64,000 nt of DNA from Pseudomonadota bacterium (GTDB taxonomy: Bacteria > Myxococcota_A > Polyangia > Palsa-1104 > JAEUJZ01), in the NCBI GenBank assembly GCA_035328405.1, contig DAOLIT010000028.1:577-64576 (forward strand). Direction: 5' to 3'. The position numbers were made by a program, and so were the translations under genes. Positions within the stretch are counted from its first letter, which is position 1, and every line of letters begins with the position of its first letter. The notes beneath the pieces were generated by a model that did not search any database, was not told the DNA's origin, and saw nothing but the letters and a program-made list of their open reading frames with translations. Shown here in pieces: positions 1-9,900 of the stretch.

Positions 1-537
1 AACTTTTCGTTCGACAATCGATCTACCTACCGCAACCTCAAGTTCTGGGAAGACATGCGAAAACACCCAATGTACGGTGTATGTAGAACGCAAACCCAGC
101 AGGCTGAACAGCCGAGCCATAACGCTCAGCCAATTCCGGGATATGGTTTGATCGCGCTCTGGGAATGACGCTGCTGCAGTTCCCTTCAGCAGCCAGTGAG
201 AAAAGAAACCCAGAAAATCAGACAAGGACTCCTCTTTTTGGAGGAGCAGAATCCTGCGAAAGTAGTTTGGGAGTGGTGTTTGAGGGGACAACCAACCCAA
301 GTTCAGACAGACAATCGTTCGACGAGATGGCGCTCGCCGAAACCTCACAGAGTCCACCACGCATCCTGCATGCAGCAGTGTGTCATGACTTTGAAATTCG
401 ATCTCTTCATCCTGATAGCCAAGAAACCTGAGCAAATCCACAAGTGCAAACAGATCGAAGTCGGTGGCCCTTTTCTCAATCTCATTCTCAACCAAATCAT
501 GAACCATTTCCGTCGGTGCAACTGGTTGTCCTGACAT
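1..537 (-). CDS. tssG: TssG (ImpH/VasB-like) baseplate protein, partial: only the 5' part of the gene, cut by the window start
   Basis: Identical to 32331..32867 of the complete copy (see 31932..32867). Confidence 0.7.
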   Translation of the reverse strand, partial: MSGQPVAPTEMVHDLVENEIEKRATDFDLFALVDLLRFLGYQDEEIEFQSHDTLLHAGCVVDSVRFRRAPSRRTIVCLNLGWLSPQTPLPNYFRRILLLQKEESLSDFLGFFSHWLLKGTAAASFPERDQTISRNWLSVMARLFSLLGLRSTYTVHWVFSHVFPELEVAVGRSIVERKV

Positions 538-550
538 CGCATTCCCCGCG

Positions 551-1654
551 TCAAGTTGTCGCTTGAATGAACAGTTCCAAATCAATCCGGTACAGGTCCA
601 TGAGTGCCCGCAACGCGAAATCATCCTTCACGTCCAGACTCGGAAGCAACTTGTCTGCATGCGCAACAATGTTGCTAAAGTAGTCCCCAAAGATCGACGG
701 CAAGAACAATCGGGGATCAAATTTTTCGATCGTTTCAGCGATGTCCTTGTAGATGATCGCGGCATGTTTGAAGCGACCCAAACGTACCAATCTGTTGAAG
801 GCCCCAATTTTCTTGATGAGTGCGTGCATGAGAGGCGACAACGTGATCACCAAGGTCGGCTGTCCAGACACTCCTGACACCACAGCGATCGGACCCGTTT
901 TTCCGGTCGCTCCCCCTGATGCGTTTCCTGTTTCTGCATTTGGATCTTGTGGCTTCATGTGCTGTCTCTCCGAGGTAGGGAAGACTCCCTGCGTGTCATG
1001 GATTTCCAAACACTCATGTGAACTTCGATCTATCGGTGATATCTCCGACCCGTTCGCATTCCCATCCATTTTTGCAGACTCCTTTTTGGGGGATTCCTTC
1101 CGAGTGGTGGGAAGGTCGTGTAGGGACTTCTGTAGCTGTAATAATGCCGTCCTTGCCAAATAGGTTGGTGTTCCGGAAAACGTGTGCTCCAGATGTGCGA
1201 TCACCTCGGCAAGCTTCCCAAGCGCGGAGGCCTGATTCGCCTTCTCCCAATCCCCCAGAAGCGTTTGCCACGCCTTTGGATTGAGTTTCTTTGCAAACCT
1301 GAATTGGCTTTGAAGAGTGGTTGCAAAAAAGCGCAGCGCGCCATCCAGATGACGCAATTTGTTGTGCGCTGGTCCGACGAGGGAAAACTGTACCTCCAGT
1401 ACATGCAGAGTAGCCTCAAACACCCGTTCCAGCGCCCCCATTCCTTGTTGATCAAGGACTGCATACAAGAGAACCCCCAATGTTCGTGCATCATACACAC
1501 CGTCGCGCCAGAGTTTCTCTGCAATTTCTCCAGCGGGCACAAATTGATTGCGTTCGGCCATAGACAGAATTTGATCCAAATCAGCGTCGATCGAGTTTGT
1601 TCCAACGACCTTCGGAGGTCCAAGCGGTTGTCGAAAAAAATCCAAGTCAATCAT
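551..1654 (-). CDS. TssA-like (ImpA_N-type) T6SS protein, provisional
   Basis: 367-aa ORF. The N-terminal stretch ...WRDGVYDARTLGVLLYAVLDQQGMGALERVFEATLHVLEVQF...HLDGALRFF... resembles the ImpA_N/TssA N-domain pattern. A Ser/Pro/Lys-rich central linker follows. The start overlaps the upstream DUF4280 stop as ATGA (1651-1654). By-eye assignment only. Confidence 0.5.
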   Translation of the reverse strand: MIDLDFFRQPLGPPKVVGTNSIDADLDQILSMAERNQFVPAGEIAEKLWRDGVYDARTLGVLLYAVLDQQGMGALERVFEATLHVLEVQFSLVGPAHNKLRHLDGALRFFATTLQSQFRFAKKLNPKAWQTLLGDWEKANQASALGKLAEVIAHLEHTFSGTPTYLARTALLQLQKSLHDLPTTRKESPKKESAKMDGNANGSEISPIDRSSHECLEIHDTQGVFPTSERQHMKPQDPNAETGNASGGATGKTGPIAVVSGVSGQPTLVITLSPLMHALIKKIGAFNRLVRLGRFKHAAIIYKDIAETIEKFDPRLFLPSIFGDYFSNIVAHADKLLPSLDVKDDFALRALMDLYRIDLELFIQATT

Positions 1655-2058
1655 GCCTCACTCCTTTCAACCTTCGGCGTATTGCCAGACGGAAACGCAA
1701 CTGCGCACGGAGCCGGGTCCGCGATTCGGATTTGTCCTCCTTCCGAACAAAGCAAAACCGCGTCTGTCGATAGCACCGTCAACTTGACCAGTTGAACGAC
1801 TTGTTCGCGCTGCGCCCATGTTCCCATCGGTTTAGGAACGCAAACAGGGGGACTCCCGCTTAGCTTCGATCTGGCAACCACAGGAGGAGACCCACACCGC
1901 GAAAAGGGTGTGATGTTGGAACCGGGTTTCACGTCTTCTACGGTCGCAAATGGCTGTCCAGACGTACAAAAAACTCCGCGCGAAAGCACGACCAACGTAG
2001 ACCCCCCTTGACCCCAAGTGCACACAAGTCTTGCTCCGTTGCGAACCCACTCACTCAT
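1651..2058 (-). CDS. DUF4280-family PAAR-like spike-tip protein
   Basis: The track ORF runs to 2211, but the ATG at 2058 (MSEWVRNGARLVCTWGQGGSTLVVL...) forms an ATGA overlap with the stop of the upstream gene. The 135-aa product fits the DUF4280 pattern: GA.L.C..G...L.V, FATVEDV, NITPF..CGSPP, PPVCVP, LLCSEGGQIRI. Confidence 0.75.
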   Translation of the reverse strand: MSEWVRNGARLVCTWGQGGSTLVVLSRGVFCTSGQPFATVEDVKPGSNITPFSRCGSPPVVARSKLSGSPPVCVPKPMGTWAQREQVVQLVKLTVLSTDAVLLCSEGGQIRIADPAPCAVAFPSGNTPKVERSEA

Positions 2059-3962
2059 CCCATTCCCCCTTTCTTGGTGGCTCTCTGCGCGTCCCCTTTC
2101 CTCTTGTTCAAGACCGTTGCATTTGTCGTTACCCGAAGTGCATCCAGCAAACGAAAGGTCGGTTCTTCCTCTCTGTCTCTTAGTGTTCCGCGCAGAAACT
2201 CTCGTTCGCAAAAAGCAGCATCCACCTCTTTGCCATTCATTCTTGGGAACATCGCAAACTGTTCGATGAAATCCGGCAGAGCGGAAGAACCCAACCGCTG
2301 TAGGATGACTTCTCGTACGATGGATTCCCTGACCGTATTTAGTTCACGTGCGACGGTGAGCGGCTCAGGCCCCGTAAACAGCAGAAGCACTATTCCGCCA
2401 CGATCGCCCGGCTCACAAACCACCAAGGATGCTGCAAGAAACGGCAATTTTTGCACAACGTCCGTGACTTCCTGAGCAGGATACGGTCGCCCCCGTTTGC
2501 TCGGCAGATAAGTTCCACAGTATAGGTAGCCTCCTTCTTGCGAGGACAGAAGCAAACCACAACCCCTTTTATGCGAATTCAACACGCCGATTTCGGAAGG
2601 CAGCCTAACTTTCCTGGATGACCCTGCGTTTGTCTCTGTTTCTGGCTCTGTTTCTGGCTCTGTTTCTGGCTCTGTTACACTCTCTGTTCCAGTCCTCGCT
2701 CCCTGCAATGTTCCTGGATATTCCAATGTGTACGTTCGCACAGGAGATACCCGCAAAAAGCGTGAAAAAGCGCCTTTTCTCCGCAACGAAAACAGCAGAC
2801 ATCCACCAATGGCCGAGTCATAAAGCCATGTTTGACATTCCGTATCCCGAAGGTCTGCACGATGAACAAAGTCATTCCAATGCATTCCTTCTGGACTCAG
2901 TGCTTCTATCAGACAGAGCCGAAGACCGAACTGTGCCCATGGTCTGGCACGAGGATGTTCAATCAGGACGCTGTCACGAAGTTGCTCTCCGACCAGCAAC
3001 ACATGAAGTTCGCACGGAAGACTCTTTTCAACCAGAGAATTGTGAAGCGACAAGGGGTCACAGTGTACATACGCTCCCCCATGAAACAGACAACACAGTA
3101 TGAGCAGAGGAACATACTGCAAGGAGTCCGAACCCGGAGCTGCCACCGTCGATCCAGGCCACAACGACAAGTGCAAAAGGCCGTCTCTCATCAGGGACAA
3201 CAAGACATCCCGCGCACGCAATTCTGTGGGTCCGGTGTTCTTGTCATCCCAACGATCAAACGGCGAAAAAAGAGCGAACACAGAGTCCTTGGGAGAATAC
3301 GTATGCGACGTGTAGTGGTGATCGATTCCCAATATCGGCGTAGGAAGTTCTTCGACAAATAGGCAACGGTCGTGGAACGGGCTCAGAAGCGAAGAGTAAC
3401 GCAAGGGAGTCGAGATCTTGGCATCGGGAACGGCTTGAATCCGTCTGTGCAAAAAATCCAAACCACGAGGAGGAAGGACAGTCACTTTCAGGCCCATCCT
3501 CAGCCCACTCAGCAGCGCAATGAGTAACTCTGGTTCTACATCCGAGATGATGCACAAGGCGTCTCCTGCTTTGAGTTGCTTGGCCTGCCATTTCTGACAC
3601 CGTGCCGTACATGCCTCGTGCAATTCTTGATAACTCAAGCAAGACCAAAGCGCTTTTTCGTTCCCCGCATTGCGTAGGGAAGAGCGGACACGTACCGCTT
3701 GGGAATCCATGGTTTGATACAGAAGTGCGGGTCGATTTGCATTGTGCGCGAGATGTCGAAGCACGGCATCGTGATACAGATCCACACCGCTGTGCATGTT
3801 GCTTTTGAGAGACGCAGGACACCGATCCAGATGCAGTTTGACCAGGGTAAAAAAGAATGCCTCCCGTGCTTTGCGCGTTTCCTCTAGCCACGGCATCCGG
3901 CGAAACAATCCGTCACCCGGTTGCGTGATTCCCAACAGATCGGCTGGTTCAAACTGTGTCAC
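2055..3962 (-). CDS. ANL-superfamily (acyl-CoA synthetase / adenylate-forming enzyme)-like protein with a degenerate P-loop
   Basis: 635 aa. The N-terminus follows the ANL layout (DLYHDAVLRHLAHNANRPALLY...LSYQELHEACTARCQKWQAKQLKAGDALCIISDVEPELLIALLSGLRMGLKVTVLPP). The C-terminal subdomain is also ANL-like (GTYLPSKRGRPYPAQEVTDVVQKLPFLAASLVVCEPGDRGGIVLLLF; FPRMNGKEVD, matching the A10 GK). The position of the (S/T)SGTTGxPKG loop instead reads FSPFDRWDDKNTGP. The GTG start overlaps the upstream stop (GTGA); an alternative ATG lies at M23. Confidence 0.6.
   Translation of the reverse strand: MTQFEPADLLGITQPGDGLFRRMPWLEETRKAREAFFFTLVKLHLDRCPASLKSNMHSGVDLYHDAVLRHLAHNANRPALLYQTMDSQAVRVRSSLRNAGNEKALWSCLSYQELHEACTARCQKWQAKQLKAGDALCIISDVEPELLIALLSGLRMGLKVTVLPPRGLDFLHRRIQAVPDAKISTPLRYSSLLSPFHDRCLFVEELPTPILGIDHHYTSHTYSPKDSVFALFSPFDRWDDKNTGPTELRARDVLLSLMRDGLLHLSLWPGSTVAAPGSDSLQYVPLLILCCLFHGGAYVHCDPLSLHNSLVEKSLPCELHVLLVGEQLRDSVLIEHPRARPWAQFGLRLCLIEALSPEGMHWNDFVHRADLRDTECQTWLYDSAIGGCLLFSLRRKGAFSRFLRVSPVRTYTLEYPGTLQGARTGTESVTEPETEPETEPETETNAGSSRKVRLPSEIGVLNSHKRGCGLLLSSQEGGYLYCGTYLPSKRGRPYPAQEVTDVVQKLPFLAASLVVCEPGDRGGIVLLLFTGPEPLTVARELNTVRESIVREVILQRLGSSALPDFIEQFAMFPRMNGKEVDAAFCEREFLRGTLRDREEEPTFRLLDALRVTTNATVLNKRKGDAQRATKKGGMG
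2635..2676. repeat. In-frame 12-bp tandem repeat (tctgtttctggc x3.5) encoding (TEPE)n inside the ANL-like gene
   Basis: Read directly: 2635-2646, 2647-2658 and 2659-2670 are identical, plus a half unit. The protein reads SVTEPETEPETEPETETN. Confidence 0.95.
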
Positions 3963-4414
3963 AGATTTTGTTCTCTTTTCCGTCGGAAAAAGCCGCTCAA
4001 AGCCAAGTCCAGTTCCTTCAGTAGGAGTCCAATCTCTCTCTTCACACTGACGCTGCTCGGACCTCTGTGCGCTTCATTCTGTTGCGAAGACAGAAGCGTT
4101 ATTTGCTCACAAAGGGGCTTCCACACAGAGATCAAGGACAAACGATCCTCGGGGAAGACAGTGCGCAGGCGTTGCGCAAGCTTGACGAGCAGCTCGTCTG
4201 GTCTTTCCACGATTACATGCGATTGGATGGCCACCTGACGCAATTCTTCCGGCGTTTGTGTAGCCCGAGTACGAGGCGCAAGACTCTCTTTCGGAAGCTC
4301 CTCCGCGAGGTCCTGTTCAACGCGACGAGTGGTTTCCTTGCAAGCAGGATTTGCACGTTCCCAGCGTTGTCGTAACTCTTGTGGATCAAAACGGAACCCC
4401 CAATCCTTTGGCAT
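3959..4414 (-). CDS. Hypothetical 151-aa protein
   Basis: ATG preceded by AAGGGGGA about 9 nt upstream. The stop overlaps the next gene's start (GTGA). The protein is charged and probably helical, with no motif I recognise. Confidence 0.6.
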   Translation of the reverse strand: MPKDWGFRFDPQELRQRWERANPACKETTRRVEQDLAEELPKESLAPRTRATQTPEELRQVAIQSHVIVERPDELLVKLAQRLRTVFPEDRLSLISVWKPLCEQITLLSSQQNEAHRGPSSVSVKREIGLLLKELDLALSGFFRRKREQNL

Positions 4415-4478
4415 GATTCTATGTCCCCCTTTTCGATGCCTTCATACCCCTTTTCATCCATGATCTCTACCCCCTGTT

Positions 4479-5186
4479 TTACAGGTTGGAGAAAACCAAC
4501 AACCCACCGATAAACAAGGTCAAGAGACTCAACGAAGCCAAATAGTACCAAGCAGAAGAACGGCTTTTCTGTGCCACTTGCGGAGCTGGCGAAACCATGT
4601 GAATGAGTGCTTTGTCAGCGTGAGCTTGCAATTCCCTTGCATCGCGTCGCCTTTTCCTCTTCCGAATCGGATTCACTGCTCCTGGGATACGCTCTGTGAC
4701 CAGTGCCTTGTACCGAAGTAGCTTGCTGTTGTCAGCCCCGAATTTTCCAACAAAGCCGGATGCCAGGCAGTAATACAGAACTTCAAAAACCACTGAAGGG
4801 GTGTCTGGCTTCGCCAATCGTTCGTCGACAAAGTCATAGAAGACATCTCCTCCGTAATTGATCTGGAACAGATCGGATTGCAGCAGGAGCCAGCTAGTCT
4901 GTTGCTGTTTCGGTAGATGACTCATCACCATTTCATCGCAGAGCAAGACCAGTGGAAACATCACCAAGTAGACTTCGTTCTCGCCCATCTCTCGGGTCAG
5001 ATTGTCCTTGAGTGTGTCAAGCTGCGTTTTGACCTCGCTGCGCAGACGATCCAGTGTCTCACTAGGAATCATTGTTGCGACCCCATTGCGCTCTCTTGTT
5101 TTCTCTTTCTGATGCACCGTGCGTTCAAGGAGATTGGCAATATCTCGTCTGAGCATGATGATCATCTTCCATAACGTGAGTTTCAC
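4479..5186 (-). CDS. tssL: TssL / DotU-family membrane-complex protein
   Basis: 235 aa with a DotU-like core (YLVMFPLVLLCDEMVM...WLLLQSDLF...GGDVFYDFVDERL...VFEVLYYCLASGFVGKF) and a single C-terminal TM (WYYLASLSLLTLFIGGLLVF). The GTG start overlaps the tssF stop; alternative ATGs lie 7 and 10 codons in. Confidence 0.75.
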   Translation of the reverse strand: MKLTLWKMIIMLRRDIANLLERTVHQKEKTRERNGVATMIPSETLDRLRSEVKTQLDTLKDNLTREMGENEVYLVMFPLVLLCDEMVMSHLPKQQQTSWLLLQSDLFQINYGGDVFYDFVDERLAKPDTPSVVFEVLYYCLASGFVGKFGADNSKLLRYKALVTERIPGAVNPIRKRKRRRDARELQAHADKALIHMVSPAPQVAQKSRSSAWYYLASLSLLTLFIGGLLVFSNL

Positions 5187-6883
5187 ACAGTTCTCCTTTG
5201 CGCTCGGGGAATCTCCGCATGTTTCAATGGAATCAGGTCAGGAGTCGTCCGAATGTCGACTCGTGCTTCGTAGTCCCACGCATCCAAAATGTTCGCAAGT
5301 TGCAATAGGTACTGCGTGAGCATCGGAGTATCCTGGTCATCATGAGGTGCGAGTTCGATGTGATACACATGACGAATACCTGCGCCGCTGAGCGTTCCGT
5401 CGGGAACGATCGAATGGGTGATCTTGGAAAGGAGTTTGGTCATGCGCGCAAAGGGGCTCCGTTCCAAAGAGGCGAACATCTCCAATAGGTCTAGCAGTTC
5501 TTCTTTTTGCAACACCGGTTTCATTTTCAGGGATAGAAGGTACAAGAGACGATCTGGATCTTGACGCAGAGGGGAATCGAGTGACTGAGAAAGGAGACCG
5601 ATTTGCCTAAAATCGAGACCCGCCGCCACTCGCTCAAGCGGAATCACCTGGACAGGACCCACGGCTCCATTCACAAACAGTGGCTGATACCAATGCGCCT
5701 CGACCACCAACTGTTGGGGGTCCATGAATGCTTCGGGTCTGCGGATAATCAAGGAATACGAAGGAAAGCGAGTATCGCTTGTCTGTTCCTCGATTTCGTA
5801 TGCCTGACGGAAGGTTCCCAACGCAGCATGCCCGAGCGGCTCTAGACCTTTTGCTGTCGTCCGATACACTCCCAAAGGCCGCTCCATCGCAAAAGTGGAA
5901 TCATTGTTTAGGAAGCGAACAGGGTACTCGTCCTTGGTTCCATCACAATCGATCGTGCGGGAAAACGCGCGGTAACGATTGGCCACCGCCACGGTGTGTG
6001 GTCGGAATACGTCTCGATGCAAAGGTTGGTCGCGCGGAAAATCATGGTCCAAATCCATGCAAACATACACTCTGTTCCATGTCTGTGTAGCAGGGGGAAT
6101 CGTGATATACACCATAAGATCCTGCGACGGAAAATGGAAAAATGTACGGACCTGTTCGAGCGGGTTTTGCGCATTGTCTTCATACGGACGATCGAAGTAC
6201 ATTCCGAAAGTCACTTCACAGCGGACTCCACTCGTATTCGGTCCAAAATTCCCATCGTAGAACACGAAGCACTCTTTCAAGTGTTTCCTCAGAAGATGAT
6301 GCAATTTCAGGGAGGCTGGGTAGTGGTCCAGGTAGTTGATGTGTATGGGAATCGTTCCCAAATTGTCCCCCCGTTGATGCAGAGACAAGAACATCAGCAC
6401 CAAACGGAACCCCTGTTTCGTCAATTGCAACTCAACACGAGCTAACGTAATCGGCACAACGCGCAGTTCCGAAAGAGTCTGGAACGATCCGACTGCACCG
6501 TCGAGGGTCCGAAACTGCATCGAACTCCCACGCGGCAGAGTCACCGTGTCTGTCATCTGCGGAGTAACGACTGCCTGAAGCATCGTCATGCTGGGCAGAG
6601 GCTGCAAAATGAAGTGAAAGTAGGCCGACAGAAGCCGCTTCCAGGTCACAAACAGATTCCGCATCGTCGTCTGACGTGTACGCACCGAGCTGTACGCCAA
6701 TGCTTCAATCAAACGCCTGACATCGGGGTCCTCCATACCAAGCTGGGCAGACGGATGTTCAAGTTGGTAGCGTACTCTTTCATCGTCGAGTAGGCGCAAC
6801 TCCTCCAGCAAACTTTCCTGCACATTCCGGGTTTCCTTCATGCACCTGTGGCCTCTTTGCAAACGCTCATCATTGCAACGCAA
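5183..6883 (-). CDS. tssF: TssF (ImpG/VasA-like) baseplate protein
   Basis: The N-terminus fits the TssF pattern: LLEELRLLDDERVRYQLEHPSAQLGMEDPDVRRLIEALAYSSVRTR...LQPLPSMTMLQAVV. The size (~550 aa) is typical. The true start may be M15 (6841). Confidence 0.85.
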   Translation of the reverse strand: MRCNDERLQRGHRCMKETRNVQESLLEELRLLDDERVRYQLEHPSAQLGMEDPDVRRLIEALAYSSVRTRQTTMRNLFVTWKRLLSAYFHFILQPLPSMTMLQAVVTPQMTDTVTLPRGSSMQFRTLDGAVGSFQTLSELRVVPITLARVELQLTKQGFRLVLMFLSLHQRGDNLGTIPIHINYLDHYPASLKLHHLLRKHLKECFVFYDGNFGPNTSGVRCEVTFGMYFDRPYEDNAQNPLEQVRTFFHFPSQDLMVYITIPPATQTWNRVYVCMDLDHDFPRDQPLHRDVFRPHTVAVANRYRAFSRTIDCDGTKDEYPVRFLNNDSTFAMERPLGVYRTTAKGLEPLGHAALGTFRQAYEIEEQTSDTRFPSYSLIIRRPEAFMDPQQLVVEAHWYQPLFVNGAVGPVQVIPLERVAAGLDFRQIGLLSQSLDSPLRQDPDRLLYLLSLKMKPVLQKEELLDLLEMFASLERSPFARMTKLLSKITHSIVPDGTLSGAGIRHVYHIELAPHDDQDTPMLTQYLLQLANILDAWDYEARVDIRTTPDLIPLKHAEIPRAQRRTV

Positions 6884-6919
6884 CTCTTTCTGACCGGCTA
6901 TCCTGCTGCTCTCCCACTC

Positions 6920-9900
6920 CTATTCCTTAAAGTGCTGTGCTGTTTTGTCTGCCGCTTGTTCTGTCCGTGGTGCCAGTTGTTTTGCGGCACTCATGACATT
7001 CTTTGCAAACGCCAGGACCTTGGCCAACCAGTCCTCTCCAATTGGTTCCAGTGGTCCCTCTTTGCCCTCTGTTTGCTCCCACTTGTTGCTGATTTGCGAG
7101 CCTTTTCCGGGCTCAAGGAACGCCAGTTCGCTCTTCTGGTTCTGCGGTTCAAGTGCTTCGCCCTCAGTCTTGAGCCACTCCTCGGTGAGTTCCGCCAAGG
7201 CCGTTTCATTTTCCGCAGTTCCCCTTTGAGTTTTGCCCTGATCTCCGCCCTCATGCAGTGCCCTTGTTTTAAGAATTTCTAACGTCTTTTTCAGGACGTG
7301 GGCCAGATCCTGCGGAAGTTGCTTTGCTGCGACCGCGCGCTGTCCCTGGTTCATCAGTTCCGCCACGTCATTGTGTTGCGAAAGGACATGTAGCCAGGGT
7401 TTGAGATCCGACAGTTTCCGTATACTACCGGAGTTCCCATCGGGAGTCTTCTCGGGAGTCTTCTCGCCTATCGACAACGCAGCGCCCAAAATCGATGCTC
7501 CAACAGAGAGAATGTTCTCACCCGGAAGGCTCAACAGAGTAGCGGTTGGAGCCGCTTTCAAGATTGTTTCCACCGTTTCCCAGTCTTTCACAAGCGCGCG
7601 AGAAGCACTTTTTGGGGCCTCTTTTTGGGAGAAGGACACCTGCGTTTTTGCAACCCCTTTTTCGGCGCTCTGAACGGTCTCCGTGATCGCATCCAGCACA
7701 ATTCGCTTGGGAAATGATTCGCTGCCTTCTTTGGCACTTTTCTCGGTAGTTTCTTTTGCAGTCCCCTTTGGAGTTTCCTTTGCAGCCCCCTTTGGAGTTT
7801 CTTTTGCAGTCCCCTTTGGAGTTTCCTTTGCAGCCCCCTTTGCAGCCCCTTTGGCGGTCCCCTTTGAAGGGTCCGTAGTCGATTTCTGTCCTATTTCTTG
7901 GACTACATCTTTCGTTGTTTGTGATGTCTTTTCCTTTGACGACGGAGTAGCCGCATCTGTCCCTGTTTTCTGTTGCGTCGTGGGCTGTCCCTTCACAGTC
8001 CCCTGTCCCGCCTCTTTGATGGCCCCCTTTTCGATCTCTTGTGCGAATTTCTTTTCTGCTGTCTGCATCGAGGCATTCACAACACTTTTCGGATCAGGTT
8101 TCAGTATTTCGATCGCTCTCGATGAGGTATCTTTGTATGAATCATCCGCCAGCGACGCCGCAGCCTCCGCGATTGCATCCATTCGCGGAGGCTTTCCTTC
8201 CACAATGTCTGCCGTTATTTTCAACACCTGCATCGCTGCGACTAGTTCTGGGAGTCGATGAAGTGCCACAATGGGATTTTCCGCGATTGCAATCGCCGAA
8301 GATCGAGGCAGATGGCCCGCTTCTGTTGCAGCAGCAGCAAAGTCCACGATCGGTTGGAGCTTGTTTGGCTCGTGATCTCGTGCAACCCCTATGGTTTCTG
8401 TGTCATGGTTCGGGACTTCCTTTTGAAGCAGTTGAGCGCGCAGTTCGGCTACTTCCAGACTGCTCATGTTCGCTAGTTGGTATCCACGGATGGCATGCGG
8501 TGCAATCGATGGGGGCAAAAGGTCCGCTCTCCCCGCCAGCCCGAGGAGAATGAACAACACAGCCAATTCTGGGCGAGCATCAAAAATCGCTTCCGCAATG
8601 TTCCGCAATGGAGCAGAGTGGTTCCCAGAAAGAACCCCCGCTTGTCCCGCGAGTGCCGCAGAAAGAAGCTGTGGAATCAGCAACGGTCTGTATCTGAGTA
8701 CATCAAGCAGTCTGTCGCGATGGATGGCTTCCAGGAGTGCCAACAGCGACGCTTCCGAGAGACCCGGAATCTCGACCACATTGGATGGTTTGTCTGCATT
8801 TGTAATCGACTCCACATCATCCAAGGAGTGCGAGGGAGGGGGCGCATCGGAAAGGTCTGTGTGCTCTGGATTTGTGGGTTCTGATTCCACCGGAGGGAGG
8901 TCATGTCCCAACTCTGCAAGATACATTTGAAGTGCCAGGTAGAACTGCACTTGATAGGGGGTTAGGTGTTCTGGATGACCCGCATCGCTGTCTTGTTCCA
9001 GGTTGGTTCGCGCCTGAAAGGCCTTCAACATGTCTTCCAGTTCAGCGATTGGGTGAGGGGCTCCTGCTGACGCGATCTGGAAAGTATGCAGCATGTCATT
9101 GGGAGTCATCCCTTCCCAGATCATATGTGAAAACAGAGACACCAAACGCTCCATGACAACATAGGGGTCCTGCTGCGGCGCTCCTCGCAACAGATGACTC
9201 TTGGTGCTTTCTGAGTCCCCAAACTTGTCGTCCAAACCGCCGTTTGCGAGCGCCTCGATCTTCGCCAAAAGCTTGGCCGCAGCCTCGACGTTGCCCGGTT
9301 TCTGCGATGGAATGGGGCCACTGCGAGCAACCTCTCCGAAGAGTGAATTCCCGATCCGCTCAGCGGCCTCCTTCGCACTCGAAGTCACGCTTGCAACAGT
9401 CTGTTTTGGCTCAGCGCGCTGGACTTCCACCTTCTTCTGTTTGTCGTGCGCGAAAGCATCATTTTGTCGGTCCCGCCATCGCTGTTTCCGGCTGTGGGGT
9501 TCGCGATCATCCGCGCTGGACTCTGCTGCTTCCTGTTCGTGTTGTGCTGCACGGGACTCTGTATGTTGCGGTTGTTTGTCGTCTTCCGGGGATTCTGTTT
9601 CCTGCTGTTCGGTACGCTTCCTGGACACTCTCTTTGTGCCACGTTGTCTGACAGCTTCTTCGGTCGGTGAGATGAGCCTCATCACAAGACTTGATGCGGT
9701 CTTGGCGTCTTCTGAATTCTCGCGCCAAATCGGCTCTGAGTTTTTCTGGCTTCGTTCGGAATCTCGTTCGGAATCCTGCTCAGAATCTCGTTCGGAATCC
9801 TCGTGAGTCTCCCTTCCCAAATCTTTGTGAGACTTTTCCATCGAGGCTTTTTCCGCGTCTTTTTTGGAGTCTTTTTTGGAGACTCGTTCGGAATCCTTTT

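Noticed and set aside
2059-2211. 5' extension of the DUF4280 ORF (the track gives 186 aa from 2211).
   Set aside because: The extra 51 residues are Arg/Gly-rich and overlap the 3' end of the ANL-like gene. The ATG at 2058 gives an ATGA coupling overlap and a protein that starts where the DUF4280 pattern starts.
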